A stretch of DNA of 63,184 nt, filler included, from 5 parts of 5 records of this genome joined end to end with filler, not necessarily neighbours in it, one strand, 5' to 3'; counted from the whole stretch's first letter, positions 44,702 to 55,409 are shown. Numbers and translations are program-made. The notes: generated by a model not told the origin, from the letters alone.

Positions 44702-45664
44702 ATGATTGTGGATAACAACTTTGAACTGCTCTTGAGCCAAGCTCTTGGTGAGCCTACATCTGTGGAACATGTTGCCGACGTTGGTGGAGGCTGCATTGCC
44801 CGCTCGCAGGTCGCCACCATCAAAGGCGGTCAGCGGCTGTTCGTAAAGACGATGTCGGTTGCTTCGTCTGTGACAAGCGTGCTACGTTGCGAGCGTAACG
44901 GGCTGATGGAGATTGCAACCGCCGGCGCCGTTCACACGTCCAGAACTCTTGGCTGGGCAACTGACTTGTCGACCGAGATGCTCGTGATGGAGTACATCGA
45001 CTCTACTTCGCCGACTCCACATTTTTGGAAGCGTTTCGGTGAGCAACTGGCCCAAATGCACGCTTGGAAGCGAGAATCTGCCGGAAAACCGGACTACGGC
45101 TTTCGCGAAGACAACTTCATCGGCCGTACTTCGCAGTTCAACTCGCCGCTGGTCACCATGCCACAGAGTATGCAGTCGATGCCGGGAGCTTCGCAGCCGA
45201 ACTGGCCAGAATTCTTCAGCCGCAACCGTCTCAAGCCGCAAATTGACTTACTTATCCAAAATAGAGGATCGTCCGCGCAGCTCGTGCGTGACACACAGGC
45301 GTTGATTGGCAGACTGGATCGCTACTTACCTGCCGAACCAGCGGCGAGCCTGCTGCATGGAGATCTATGGAACGGCAACTTTCTTGCGATGAGACCGGCC
45401 AGCGGGAGCGACGACGAACCGATCGCGGTAATCTTCGATCCTGCGGTATACTACGGAGATCGCGAGGCAGAATTTGCCATGACAGAGTTGTTTGGAGGTT
45501 TCCCGGCGGCGTTCTACGATGCCTACAATGCAACCTGGCCGCTACAGCGTGACTGGAAACAGCGCGTTGAAATCTACAAACTTTACCATTTGTTGAACCA
45601 CGTTAACCTGTTTGGTGTGAGCTACATTCCTCAGTGCGAGGCGATTCTTCGACGGTTCGTCTAG
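44702..45664 (+). CDS. Fructosamine kinase family protein
   Basis: VGGGCI, DNFIG, LLHGDLWNGN, FDPAVYYGDREAEFAMTELFGGF. Confidence 0.92.
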   Translation: MIVDNNFELLLSQALGEPTSVEHVADVGGGCIARSQVATIKGGQRLFVKTMSVASSVTSVLRCERNGLMEIATAGAVHTSRTLGWATDLSTEMLVMEYIDSTSPTPHFWKRFGEQLAQMHAWKRESAGKPDYGFREDNFIGRTSQFNSPLVTMPQSMQSMPGASQPNWPEFFSRNRLKPQIDLLIQNRGSSAQLVRDTQALIGRLDRYLPAEPAASLLHGDLWNGNFLAMRPASGSDDEPIAVIFDPAVYYGDREAEFAMTELFGGFPAAFYDAYNATWPLQRDWKQRVEIYKLYHLLNHVNLFGVSYIPQCEAILRRFV

Positions 45665-45711
45665 GCAGCAGCCCTCTCGTTGCTTGATCCGCTTAAACGT
45701 AAATAATTGTT

Positions 45712-46020
45712 ATGAAGCAAATCTGTGCTATCGTTCGCCCCTTTCTCGCTCAGCGCGTGCTGGACAATCTTCGTCTAGCTCCCTTGGAGGCATTGGTGGT
45801 CCACGAAGTAAAGGGCTTCGGACGGCAGAAAAGTCATGCCACAGAATACGATGACGACGAGTACGGTCTGGCCTTTGTGCCCAAAGTTGAAATCACGATG
45901 TGGGTCGAGGATTTTCGGGTGGAAGAGGTCGTTAGTCGTATCAACGAAGTCGCCCGAACCGGACGCATGGGCGACGGCAAAGTAATTGTGCAGCCGCTCA
46001 ACTGCTTCTTCTCTGGTTAG
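45712..46020 (+). CDS. P-II family nitrogen-regulator-like protein, C-terminally short
   Basis: AIVRP, EVKGFGRQK, PKVEI, ARTGRMGDGKV. Confidence 0.88.
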   Translation: MKQICAIVRPFLAQRVLDNLRLAPLEALVVHEVKGFGRQKSHATEYDDDEYGLAFVPKVEITMWVEDFRVEEVVSRINEVARTGRMGDGKVIVQPLNCFFSG

Positions 46021-46233
46021 GCTCCGCCAGAGTCCAGCTTACTCGCCTCCGAACACTAACGCAGATGCGGTCCGGTGGAAAATAAATCTCGCGACCTCCG
46101 TGACAACTGTTAAGCGGTTGCTCCCTTCAATCGTATCGGCGATGCGCGTCATGCATCGTGCTGGGTGCGTTCCGCAGTGGTGAGAACCTGAGGCAAACTG
46201 CGGTGTTGATCGAAAACGGAGAAGGGGACGGAC

Positions 46234-46767
46234 ATGCTTTGGAAGAAATCTCGAGTCGCGGTGGCTTTGATCTGCGCGGCTTCGGTCGTTGCAATTTCGG
46301 CAAATGACGCTCACGCCCAATGCAGTTCAGGCGGCGGTGGTGGGTCAGGCGGCATGGGTGGCTTTGGGGGTGGCTTTGGGGGAGGCGGATTCGCTGGTGG
46401 CGGGCAAGGCGGATTCGGCCTAGCGGGCGGCATGAATGGCGGAAACACGCAGCTTTTCGCACAAACGGCGCAGCAAATGCAACTCTTGCAGCGGCAGAAC
46501 CAAATGCTTCAGCAACGGCTCGTCGCCATGCAGCAGCAAATGATGCAGTTGCAGCAGCAAAACCAGCAACTCATTGCTCAATTGGGGGATCCAGCCGCAG
46601 CTCAGAATCAAGTCGCTGCTCAAATGCCCATGCGTGGTTTCGGCAATCAAGCTATCAATGCGCAGCGAAACGCCCAAGCGGACCAAGCTCAGCAGCGGCC
46701 GCCACTGCAGCTCACCAGCACGAATCGACGTCGTCCTCCGCCACCAGGAGGCCGAAATATGCAGTAA
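46234..46767 (+). CDS. Exported Gly-rich/Gln-rich hypothetical protein
   Basis: Signal peptide ending AHA, GGFGG repeats, Q-rich coiled coil; AGGGG RBS. Confidence 0.65.
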   Translation: MLWKKSRVAVALICAASVVAISANDAHAQCSSGGGGGSGGMGGFGGGFGGGGFAGGGQGGFGLAGGMNGGNTQLFAQTAQQMQLLQRQNQMLQQRLVAMQQQMMQLQQQNQQLIAQLGDPAAAQNQVAAQMPMRGFGNQAINAQRNAQADQAQQRPPLQLTSTNRRRPPPPGGRNMQ

Positions 46768-46981
46768 GTGGTGAGTGCCGCGGCGCAGGTTTCGGCTTTC
46801 GGGGCCCGAGCCTGCCCGCTGGCATCACCTCCGGCATCTAGACGACTCATCGATGATCCAAGGATCAATCGATTCCAGTACAATCAGCACCAATTGGGAA
46901 TCTCGGGAACTACTTCGGAACTCTTGCCGTCTACCCTGGCGATCTCCCACTCCCAATCTAGCTGATGAGGTACTTAGAACG

Positions 46982-47926
46982 ATGTGCTGTTTCGCGCAAG
47001 AAGTCCAGGATGTTAGCAGTACGAAGATCTTCGCAAGACTGACCGGCAAGAATAAGCAGGTTCTTGCGTATTCGATGAAGTACGAGTCGGACGTGCCGAA
47101 CGCAATGATTCTGCCTCTCCCAACAACGGGGCGGGAGGATTCATTGTCCTTTGTCGATCTGAGCGAATACAAATGGTTTTTCAATGACCTACAGCGGGGC
47201 TTCCCGAAGAAGAAGCCACTCTTTTCTAATGTGTTGCCAACTGCTGCTCGCGAGGCGGCCGTAGATTCGAAGCTGGCTATTCACAAGGTCGGCGATTTTG
47301 TGGCCTCGTTCGTGCCGAGTGTTGATGACTTCGATCGCCTTGATCCACAATTCGTCATTCCCAAAGAGACCTGGGCCAAGGTGGATGGCTACGAGCGGTT
47401 TGGATTCGCTGTCTTCCAACTGGACAAAGATGCCACCGGCACACATCCGATGGCGATGGAATTCGAGACAACCTTGGATGAACAGGTGTTCTTCCCGACT
47501 CTTCATATTCACGACGGCGAAGTTCACGCACGGGAACACTTCGACCACTACTTGTTCATGCAGCATGCTGGCTACGATAGCGTTGTGGGCTCGTACGATG
47601 GCCCCAAGCATGAAGATCCGAAGACTGGAATGGTTCGATCCAAGCAACCTGCGGGCAAGTTCATCCGTGCAGCCAAGACGAAGGGCTTGATCCAGGAAGA
47701 CTTACTGCTGCACCGGAAACGCATGCACGGTGTCCTTGAAAACCGTGATGAGCTACAAGCGGCGAAGGGGCATCCGACGGAGGTCACCTTCAATTGGAGC
47801 CCGGCCAAACGCCTCTGGCCCATCGCACTTGGAGCAACAGGCTTGGCCTGGATCATCGGCCGCCGCTCGAAACTTGGCGGCAAATTGCAAGGCAGTAGCG
47901 GTGCTGAACAGCAATTCAAAGAGTGA
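46982..47926 (+). CDS. Conserved hypothetical protein (distantly DUF2330-like) with C-terminal hydrophobic anchor
   Basis: MCCF...IFAR...NAMILPLP...HPMA...FFPTLHIHDG; GAGG RBS. Confidence 0.7.
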   Translation: MCCFAQEVQDVSSTKIFARLTGKNKQVLAYSMKYESDVPNAMILPLPTTGREDSLSFVDLSEYKWFFNDLQRGFPKKKPLFSNVLPTAAREAAVDSKLAIHKVGDFVASFVPSVDDFDRLDPQFVIPKETWAKVDGYERFGFAVFQLDKDATGTHPMAMEFETTLDEQVFFPTLHIHDGEVHAREHFDHYLFMQHAGYDSVVGSYDGPKHEDPKTGMVRSKQPAGKFIRAAKTKGLIQEDLLLHRKRMHGVLENRDELQAAKGHPTEVTFNWSPAKRLWPIALGATGLAWIIGRRSKLGGKLQGSSGAEQQFKE

Positions 47927-48021
47927 CCGCATGGGCACCACGACAGCAGCCAACCTTGTGAGCACCGAATTACACAGAATCGCTAGCACATTGCCGTCTC
48001 TGCCATCACGATAAAGATTAG

Positions 48022-48495
48022 TCATTCCGCCAGTGATTGGTATTCGGTCACTCGGTAGGTCTTGAGCGCTTGCGTGATGGCCTGCTGCGTGGTGGTTCCA
48101 GGTACTAGGCGATAGCTTGGGGCAACGATTTCTTCAACGGAAGTTGGCTCAACATCGATGACCGAACGGACCGGAAAACTATCGCCAGCTAACTTCGTCA
48201 GCAAGCTCTTCTTCTTCGAATATTCGGCGTCAGATTTTGGCAGGATTCGTGCCCGCCCCTTGACTTTGTGCCCTCTCTGACGAAACACATCAATGAAGCT
48301 AACGCATACGCGTCGTTCATACTGGATATTGCGAACGGACTGAGGCGACGCGATATTCGCAATCAAGATGTGACCGCCATCGTCCAGCAAGAAGACCTCT
48401 TTCGGAGATACATTCGGACAGCCGTCATCTCCAACAGTTGCCAACCAGCAGAGAACACTCGAATCAACCGACTTAGAAATCTCTTCAGTCAACAT
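48022..48495 (-). CDS. Pyridoxamine 5'-phosphate oxidase-like FMN-binding protein
   Basis: CWLATV..DGCPNVSPK, IASPQSVRNI, VCVSFIDVF. Confidence 0.85.
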   Translation of the reverse strand: MLTEEISKSVDSSVLCWLATVGDDGCPNVSPKEVFLLDDGGHILIANIASPQSVRNIQYERRVCVSFIDVFRQRGHKVKGRARILPKSDAEYSKKKSLLTKLAGDSFPVRSVIDVEPTSVEEIVAPSYRLVPGTTTQQAITQALKTYRVTEYQSLAE

Positions 48496-48747
48496 CGTGC
48501 TACTCCAAACCCGTTGGTCAATACTCTGGTGAAAATAGTGCTCCGCTGGCGACCAGCTCAGGATTCGCTACCCGCCAGCGATGACACAGCCAGGCCACAA
48601 TAAGTTCACAGACAACTTGCCAGGTTCCCTTGCGACTTTGCCGATTGTGCCGAACATCGTAGCTGACGCGGATGAATTGGTTACCGTGGGCTCAAAACGA
48701 CGATGATCGTCTTAACTGTAAGCAAATCGTGGGAATCGACGATCATC

Positions 48748-50310
48748 ATGCCATCAACGATATCGAAAACAGCAACGCTCTTCGCCGTTGCGTTGATGGC
48801 AACCGGCTGTGCACGCTCGCCTCGCCCGAAAACGGAGACATTCAAGATAGCGTCTCGGAGTCCCGCCATCGCCCCGATTGAAGATCGCCGATCTGTGCCG
48901 GTTCGGCACTTGAGAACGGTTCGGGACTCGCCTTCTCCAACCGCTCAGCCCAACGAGCTTGAAACGCCTACAAGCAAGATCCAGCTTGCTTCGGCTAAGA
49001 CTCCCACGCACGTTGCTGCTGAAGCAATGCCGGTCGAGTTGCCTGTGAAACTTCCCGGTGAACGGCCGGCTTACAACAACCCATTGCACTCAGGCTCTGG
49101 CTTCACGCTCGATGGTTTGATCAGCATCGCCCTCGCTGCGAATCCTGCCATTGCTCAGGCGGAGTTAGCGGCTGCTCAGGCTGCAGCGGTTTATTCTCAG
49201 GTAGGCCTGAAACCGAACCCCTCGGTTGGCTACTTCGGGCAAGAGATCGGAAACGAAGGCGCCGGTGGTCAACACGGCGTCTTCGCATCGCAGACAATCG
49301 TCCGAGGTGACAAACTTCGCTGGAATAGATGCGTAACCTCGCATGAGGTGAATCGCTTCAGATGGGAAGCTGAAGCCCAGCGGCGACGTGTTGAAACGGA
49401 CGTTCGCATTCGGTTTTACCGAGCCCTGGCTGCGCAGCAGCGTCTGCAGAAGGCCGTAGAGTTTCGCACGAACCCGGCAAAGGCGGTCGACGTTGCCAAA
49501 CGCCGACTCGGTGCAAAGGAAGGGACAAAGCCAGATTTGTTGCAATCACAACTCCTGGTTGATCAAATTGATCTGTCAATTCGTCAGTCGGAACTTGCTC
49601 TGCGTGCCGCTTGGACAGAATTGGCAGCAACGATCGGTCAACCTAGCTTGCCACGCGATGAATTAGTCGGAGACTTCGTCGGAGAAGAACTTGCGGACAT
49701 GACGACTCTCTATGAAGAGGCCTTAGCCGCTAGCCCTCAGTTGAGTGCCGCCAGGGCTCGGATTGACCGAGCGCGGACAAACCTTCAACGCCAGCGGATT
49801 CAAGCGGTCCCGAATCTCAATGTGCAGCTTGGCGTCGGGATCGACGACTCCACGGACGACACGTTTGCAAGTGCTCAGGTTGGAGTTCCGATCCCGGTAC
49901 ACAATCGCAACCAAGGCAATATTGCAGCGGCACAGTCAGAATTCGCGGCAGCCTCGCAGAATTTGCAGCGTTTGTCTCTTCAGTTGAAACGCGATATGGC
50001 TGAGGTATTCCGGCGTTACCAAGATGCAGCAGTAACGATCGAAAAATATGACACGACAATGTTGCCCCGCGCTGAAGAGGCCCTGGCGTTGGTCGAAGAA
50101 GCTTACAACTCTGGCGAGATTGAGTTCTTAAGGGTTCTTACTGCCCGCCAAACCGTCTTCGAGCTTCAGCAGGAGTTGATTTCCGCGAGAGCCGAATTGT
50201 CGCAAGCACGCGCGGAGATCGATGGCTACATGCTGACCAATGCCTTGGGAACCGAGGTCGCCTTCGAAGGCGACGACAGCCTTCGCGGACAGGCGTTGAG
50301 CGGACAGTAG
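48748..50310 (+). CDS. TolC/CzcC-family outer membrane efflux lipoprotein
   Basis: Lipobox LMATGC; ALAANP, PIPVHNRNQGNI, AYNSGEIEFL.VLTA. Confidence 0.9.
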   Translation: MPSTISKTATLFAVALMATGCARSPRPKTETFKIASRSPAIAPIEDRRSVPVRHLRTVRDSPSPTAQPNELETPTSKIQLASAKTPTHVAAEAMPVELPVKLPGERPAYNNPLHSGSGFTLDGLISIALAANPAIAQAELAAAQAAAVYSQVGLKPNPSVGYFGQEIGNEGAGGQHGVFASQTIVRGDKLRWNRCVTSHEVNRFRWEAEAQRRRVETDVRIRFYRALAAQQRLQKAVEFRTNPAKAVDVAKRRLGAKEGTKPDLLQSQLLVDQIDLSIRQSELALRAAWTELAATIGQPSLPRDELVGDFVGEELADMTTLYEEALAASPQLSAARARIDRARTNLQRQRIQAVPNLNVQLGVGIDDSTDDTFASAQVGVPIPVHNRNQGNIAAAQSEFAAASQNLQRLSLQLKRDMAEVFRRYQDAAVTIEKYDTTMLPRAEEALALVEEAYNSGEIEFLRVLTARQTVFELQQELISARAELSQARAEIDGYMLTNALGTEVAFEGDDSLRGQALSGQ

Positions 50311-50686
50311 TGCTGCGACCGCTTTCGGACCAGCTAATCAGACGACCCCTGCTGCGAATTCCAAGATCTCAACCACCAAGTATCTGCAACCTCGCCCCCC
50401 AACTTCTTAGATCGCTGTTTCGTAGACGCGGGGTGCGAGGATTACTGAGTACAATAGGGGCCGGGCTGGTTGTGTTGAGAAGCGATGGTGCAGTTGGCCC
50501 AAAGTCGTTTTAGACAGCTTCCACGCTCCGCTCGTCCCGAAGCCTGGCGTTTCGGGCAAGCCAATTGTGCAAACCAGTGCATCGAGCCAACGTTAATGCC
50601 CCGCCCCCTCGGAAGCTTTCTGCGTCAATCTAGTTACTCTACGGTTTTCCCTTCACTCGTCTTTCCCTGCCTGAGGTTCTTCCCCA

Positions 50687-52198
50687 ATGCCTCGTTCTGA
50701 ATTCTTGAACGAAGGAACACGCGTTTTAGCGGGTGCATTCCTGTTGACAGCACTATTCGCATCGGGAGTCGCGGCTGGACTCTGGTTCTACCCAGCGTTC
50801 TATTCCGTCGCTACCGATGAAGAAGGACATGCCGACGGCGGTCACGAAGATGAACACCACCATGACGATGAGGACCATGACGAACACGACGAGGAAGATC
50901 ATGTCGCATTGACGAAGCAAGCATTCGAAAATCTAAAACTGCGACTTGACTACCCAACCAAACGCCCTTATTGGAAGTCGACATTGGTGCCGGGGAAAGT
51001 TGTCGAGATACCTGGCCGCAGTGACCTAACCGCGTCCACACCTGTCGCGGGCGTGATCGAGTCAGTGAACGTCGTTCCTGGTCAGACCATTCCGCTTGAC
51101 GAGCCCTTGTTTAGAATCCGCCTCACTGATGAAGCCCTTCTGGTCGCTCAGGCAAAGTACCTTGAAACGCTAACGCAGCAGGAAGTTGCGGAGCAGGAAA
51201 TCGAACGGCTGACACCATTGATCAACTCCGGTGCTGTCCCCGGTTCAAAGAAGCGTGAGCTCGAATACGAAGTCAAACAGCTCGTCGCTAAACAAACGAC
51301 CACCCTGCAGGAACTCCGTGGGCGTGGCATACCGGACGCTTTAATCGACGAACTTCGGCAGAATCGAACCTTGGCGTCAACCCTGTCCGTTTTCGCTCCT
51401 GGCTTCGTCAGCGATCCTGAAAGTCAAGAGGTGCCGAGCGGCTATTCCGTAGAGAACTTGCTTGTTCATCCGGGCAAAGCCGTCGTGCGAGGTGAATCGC
51501 TGTGCACAATCGCATACCATCAAAAACTGTACGTCGAGGGAACCGCCTTTGAAGCTGATCTTCCGGTACTGAAACGCATTGCCGACCAAGGCTGGATGAT
51601 TACAGCCGAAACCGTGGTCGGGTCTCACATGCATTCGCACCCGCACTCACACGCCTCGCCAATCAAGCTCGGGTTGCTGCGAGTAGACAACCATGTCGAC
51701 GAATCAACTCAAACGGTGCGTTTCTTCCTGGAGCTTCCCAACCAGGTCACGCAAGAAATGACTGAGCAGGGACGGCAGTTTGAACAGTGGCGGTATCGTC
51801 CCGGTCAAAGGCTTCATCTACGTCTTCCCGTGGAGAAGTGGGAGAATCAAATCGCCCTTCCGACGGATGCTGTTGTTGTAGACGGGCCGAACGTGTTTGT
51901 CTTTGCCGAGCATCATCATGAGGACGAACACGAGCCAAGTGAGCAGGACAACGACGAGCGCGACCACGACGACGAGAGCGACCACATGGACGAGCACGAA
52001 GAGCACGATGTCTTCGTAGAGCTAGAACCAGTGCCGGTTCAGATGCTGCATCGCGACGACCAAACCGTTATCGTTGCCGATGACGGGCAACTGCATGCCG
52101 ATGATCGAATCGCGTTCAATAGTGCTTACAAGCTGTACCTGGCGATGAAAATGCAAGCTGGTGGCGGAGGTGGGCATCACCATCACCACGATCACTAA
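50687..52198 (+). CDS. RND efflux periplasmic adaptor (CzcB-like), His/Asp/Glu-rich
   Basis: N-terminal TM, PVAGVIESVNVVPGQ lipoyl half, LPTDAVV; three His-rich tracts plus a His-rich C-terminus. Confidence 0.88.
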   Translation: MPRSEFLNEGTRVLAGAFLLTALFASGVAAGLWFYPAFYSVATDEEGHADGGHEDEHHHDDEDHDEHDEEDHVALTKQAFENLKLRLDYPTKRPYWKSTLVPGKVVEIPGRSDLTASTPVAGVIESVNVVPGQTIPLDEPLFRIRLTDEALLVAQAKYLETLTQQEVAEQEIERLTPLINSGAVPGSKKRELEYEVKQLVAKQTTTLQELRGRGIPDALIDELRQNRTLASTLSVFAPGFVSDPESQEVPSGYSVENLLVHPGKAVVRGESLCTIAYHQKLYVEGTAFEADLPVLKRIADQGWMITAETVVGSHMHSHPHSHASPIKLGLLRVDNHVDESTQTVRFFLELPNQVTQEMTEQGRQFEQWRYRPGQRLHLRLPVEKWENQIALPTDAVVVDGPNVFVFAEHHHEDEHEPSEQDNDERDHDDESDHMDEHEEHDVFVELEPVPVQMLHRDDQTVIVADDGQLHADDRIAFNSAYKLYLAMKMQAGGGGGHHHHHDH

Positions 52199-52248
52199 GA
52201 CCCATCGGCCGCATTTCTCGCAACTTGTCATCTCGAGCAAGCACTACC

Positions 52249-55200
52249 ATGCTCAATCACGTCATTCAATTCTCTCTGCGCAACCGGCTGTTCATCCTTT
52301 GCGGTGCAATTGCGGTGTTGGTTGTTGGCAGCCTCGTGACGGCGTCACTCCCGATCGACGTTCTGCCGAATCTGACACGTCCACGGGTTGTCATCGTCAC
52401 CGAATGTGAAGGCCTAGCGCCAGAAGAGGTTGAACAACGCGTTACTTTCCCACTCGAAACCACAATCAACGGTGCCGCCGGCGTAATCGCGGTCCGCAGT
52501 TCGTCTGACATCGGTTTATCGGTCATCAACGTCGAATTTGACTGGGGAACGGACGTCCAATCCGCGCGGCAGATCGTCCAGGAACGCATGTCGTTGGTGT
52601 CGGAGCAATTGCCCGATAACGTCACACCTCAAATGGGCCCACGCTCTTCGCTGCTGGGGCAGATTGCCTTGGTCGGCATGTGGAGCGAGGACGGAACGAC
52701 CTCGCCAATGGAACTGCGCACCATCGCAGACTGGGTTGTGCGTCAGCGTATCAGGAAGATCTCTGGTGTTTCCCAGGTGATCAACATGGGAGGTGATCGG
52801 AAGCAATTCCATGTTCTCGCCGACTTGCATTTGATGCATCACTTTGAAGTAAGCCTTTCCGAGGTGGAAAACGCTTTGCGAGCGAGCAACGAGAATGTCA
52901 CCGGCGGTTTCATGGGCCGCGATGGCAAAGAGTTCTTAATCCGCGGACTAGGCCGGTATGAGACCGAGGATGAAATACGAAAGACGGTTATTCGTGACGA
53001 TGGCGAAAGACCACTGCTGCTAGGCCAGGTGGCAACCATCGACGAAGTTGCTCAGACCAAACGCGGCGACTCATCAATCAACGGTCGACCTGCGGTTGTG
53101 CTCACAATTCAAAAGCAACCCGGTGCCGACACACGTGAGGTGACCGAAGCAATTCGCGAAGCATTGGTCGAACTGCAGCCGTCGCTACCTCCTGATGTCC
53201 GGTTGCAAACCACTTACGAACAACGGGAGTTCATCGACCACAGTGTCCACAACGTTGTTGAAGCACTCCGCGACGGCGCAGTCCTTGTGGTGATTGTGCT
53301 GTTCCTGTTTCTGTTCAACTTCCGCACCACTTTCATCACGCTCACCGCCATCCCCATTTCAGTGCTCGTGACGGCACTGGTGTTTCATTGGCTCGAGCTC
53401 TCGATCAACGTGATGACCCTAGGGGGCCTCGCAGTGGCTCTGGGCGAGTTGGTTGACGATGCCATCGTGGACGTAGAGAACATCTTTCGGCGTCTGAAAC
53501 AGAATGCAAGGCTCCAATCGCCGCGACCGATTATCAGTGTCATCTATGAAGCAAGCGTTGAGGTGCGCAGTGCTATCTTGATCAGCACCGTCCTGGTCGT
53601 GATCGTCTTTGCGCCCCTTTTTGCACTGACCGGCATGGAAGGCAGACTCTTTACACCATTAGGCATCGCCTACATTGTTTCCATCTGCGCTTCGACGATT
53701 GTCTCGTTGACCGTAACTCCAGTCCTTTCATACTACCTGTTGCCGAACGCTGGCGTCACGCGGCGTGAAAAGGACGGCCCTGTTCTACGCACCCTCAAGG
53801 CGCTTTTTCGTCCAGCGATTCGATTTAGCATGCGGCCAGCAGGACTAATGCTTTCGCTCACCACGCTTGGTGCAAGCTGTGTTGTGGCAGGCATGATTGC
53901 CTACACGATGGGTCGCGACTTTTTGCCTCCGTTCGACGAGGGGGCCGCTCAAGTGAATCTTTTTGCTCCGCCCGGAACGTCGCTGGCCGTCAGTCGTGAA
54001 CTCAGCCACATTGCCGACAAGAATCTTCAGCGACTTGTGGCCACAGAGGAGAACCCTACCGCGCCGCTGCGATGGTTTACCTGCCGCACCGGCCGAGCCG
54101 AGCAAGACGAACACGTCATGGGTGTCAACATCTCGGAATATGTCATCACGTTGAACCCTGATAGCGGACTGTCTCGCCAAGAAGTGATCGAGGCGTTGCA
54201 CGAAGCAGTTGAGCATGTTCCCGGAGTTGAAACCGAGGTCGAACAGCCCATCGCGCACTTGATTAGCCACATGCTTTCCGGAGTAACGGCGCAGATTGCA
54301 GTCAAACTGTACGGCGACGATCTAGAAGTCCTTCGCAGCGAGGCCGAGCGCATCAAAGAAGCCATTGAACCGATCAGCGGCATTGCTCCTCCGGTTTTGG
54401 AGCAGCAGCAGCCGACGCCGCAATTCCGAGTCGAGCTGAATCACGACATGCTCGCACACTATGGCGTGACTGCGAGTTTTGTAAATCACTTCATCGAAAC
54501 GGCTATCCATGGACAGGAGGTGTCGACGATGATCGACGGCCAACGCGCCTTCGACATTCTGCTTCGACTGGAGGAGAGCCAGCGTCGCGACCTCGATAAC
54601 TTGCATCGTACACGCATGGAGCTTCCCAACGGCAAAGTGATCCCGCTTGGTGCTGTCGCACGAATTTACGAGGCGGTGGGTCCGAACACGATCAATCGCG
54701 ATGACGGTCGGCGGAGAATTGTCATTCGCGTGAACACGCTTGGCCGCGATGTTGGCAGCGCCGTGCAGGAAATCAAGGCGAGAATTGCCAGCAGCGTCGA
54801 GCTACCCAAGGGCTACTTTGTGACATACGCTGGTCAGTTCGAAGCCCAACAGCAGGCGAACTCACGAATCTTCTGGCTCAGCGGCATCGCATTGATTGCC
54901 GTCATTGTAATCCTATACTCGAGCTTCCATTCGCTGAACATCGTGTTTCAGTTGTTGATTGCTGTACCGGCAGCGTTTGTTGGCGGAGTGTTCGCTCTTT
55001 ACCTGACCGACCAAACGTTTTCTGTTGCAGCGACCGTTGGCTTTATCTCGCTCGGAGGCATCGCGGCTCGCAACGGCTTGCTGTTGATTTCAACCTATCT
55101 AGAGCAGATGCACGACCAAGGGCTGTCCGAGGAGATGATCATCGACGGCAGCCTCCGGCGTCTTGCTCCAGTCTTAATGACGGCACTTACGACTGGCCTG

Positions 55201-55371
55201 GGATTAGTACCGCTTGTAATTGGCGGGCACCTTCCCGGCAAAGAGATCCTTTTCCCGGTCGCGACTGTCATCGTGGGCGGTCTGATCACCGCCACCATTG
55301 CAGAGTTCCTCATCCGCCCCGGCCTCTTCTGGCTCTGCCGCCCCTCGCCGCAAACCGAACCCAAATCCTGA
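52249..55371 (+). CDS. CusA/CzcA-family heavy-metal RND permease
   Basis: LPIDVLPNL, PEEVEQRVTFPLE, ALGELVDDAIVDVENI, RLAPVLMTALTT. Confidence 0.93.
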   Translation: MLNHVIQFSLRNRLFILCGAIAVLVVGSLVTASLPIDVLPNLTRPRVVIVTECEGLAPEEVEQRVTFPLETTINGAAGVIAVRSSSDIGLSVINVEFDWGTDVQSARQIVQERMSLVSEQLPDNVTPQMGPRSSLLGQIALVGMWSEDGTTSPMELRTIADWVVRQRIRKISGVSQVINMGGDRKQFHVLADLHLMHHFEVSLSEVENALRASNENVTGGFMGRDGKEFLIRGLGRYETEDEIRKTVIRDDGERPLLLGQVATIDEVAQTKRGDSSINGRPAVVLTIQKQPGADTREVTEAIREALVELQPSLPPDVRLQTTYEQREFIDHSVHNVVEALRDGAVLVVIVLFLFLFNFRTTFITLTAIPISVLVTALVFHWLELSINVMTLGGLAVALGELVDDAIVDVENIFRRLKQNARLQSPRPIISVIYEASVEVRSAILISTVLVVIVFAPLFALTGMEGRLFTPLGIAYIVSICASTIVSLTVTPVLSYYLLPNAGVTRREKDGPVLRTLKALFRPAIRFSMRPAGLMLSLTTLGASCVVAGMIAYTMGRDFLPPFDEGAAQVNLFAPPGTSLAVSRELSHIADKNLQRLVATEENPTAPLRWFTCRTGRAEQDEHVMGVNISEYVITLNPDSGLSRQEVIEALHEAVEHVPGVETEVEQPIAHLISHMLSGVTAQIAVKLYGDDLEVLRSEAERIKEAIEPISGIAPPVLEQQQPTPQFRVELNHDMLAHYGVTASFVNHFIETAIHGQEVSTMIDGQRAFDILLRLEESQRRDLDNLHRTRMELPNGKVIPLGAVARIYEAVGPNTINRDDGRRRIVIRVNTLGRDVGSAVQEIKARIASSVELPKGYFVTYAGQFEAQQQANSRIFWLSGIALIAVIVILYSSFHSLNIVFQLLIAVPAAFVGGVFALYLTDQTFSVAATVGFISLGGIAARNGLLLISTYLEQMHDQGLSEEMIIDGSLRRLAPVLMTALTTGLGLVPLVIGGHLPGKEILFPVATVIVGGLITATIAEFLIRPGLFWLCRPSPQTEPKS

Positions 55372-55409
55372 TAGCTGCAGCTTGATTGCGATTATCTGGC
55401 GCCGATGAC

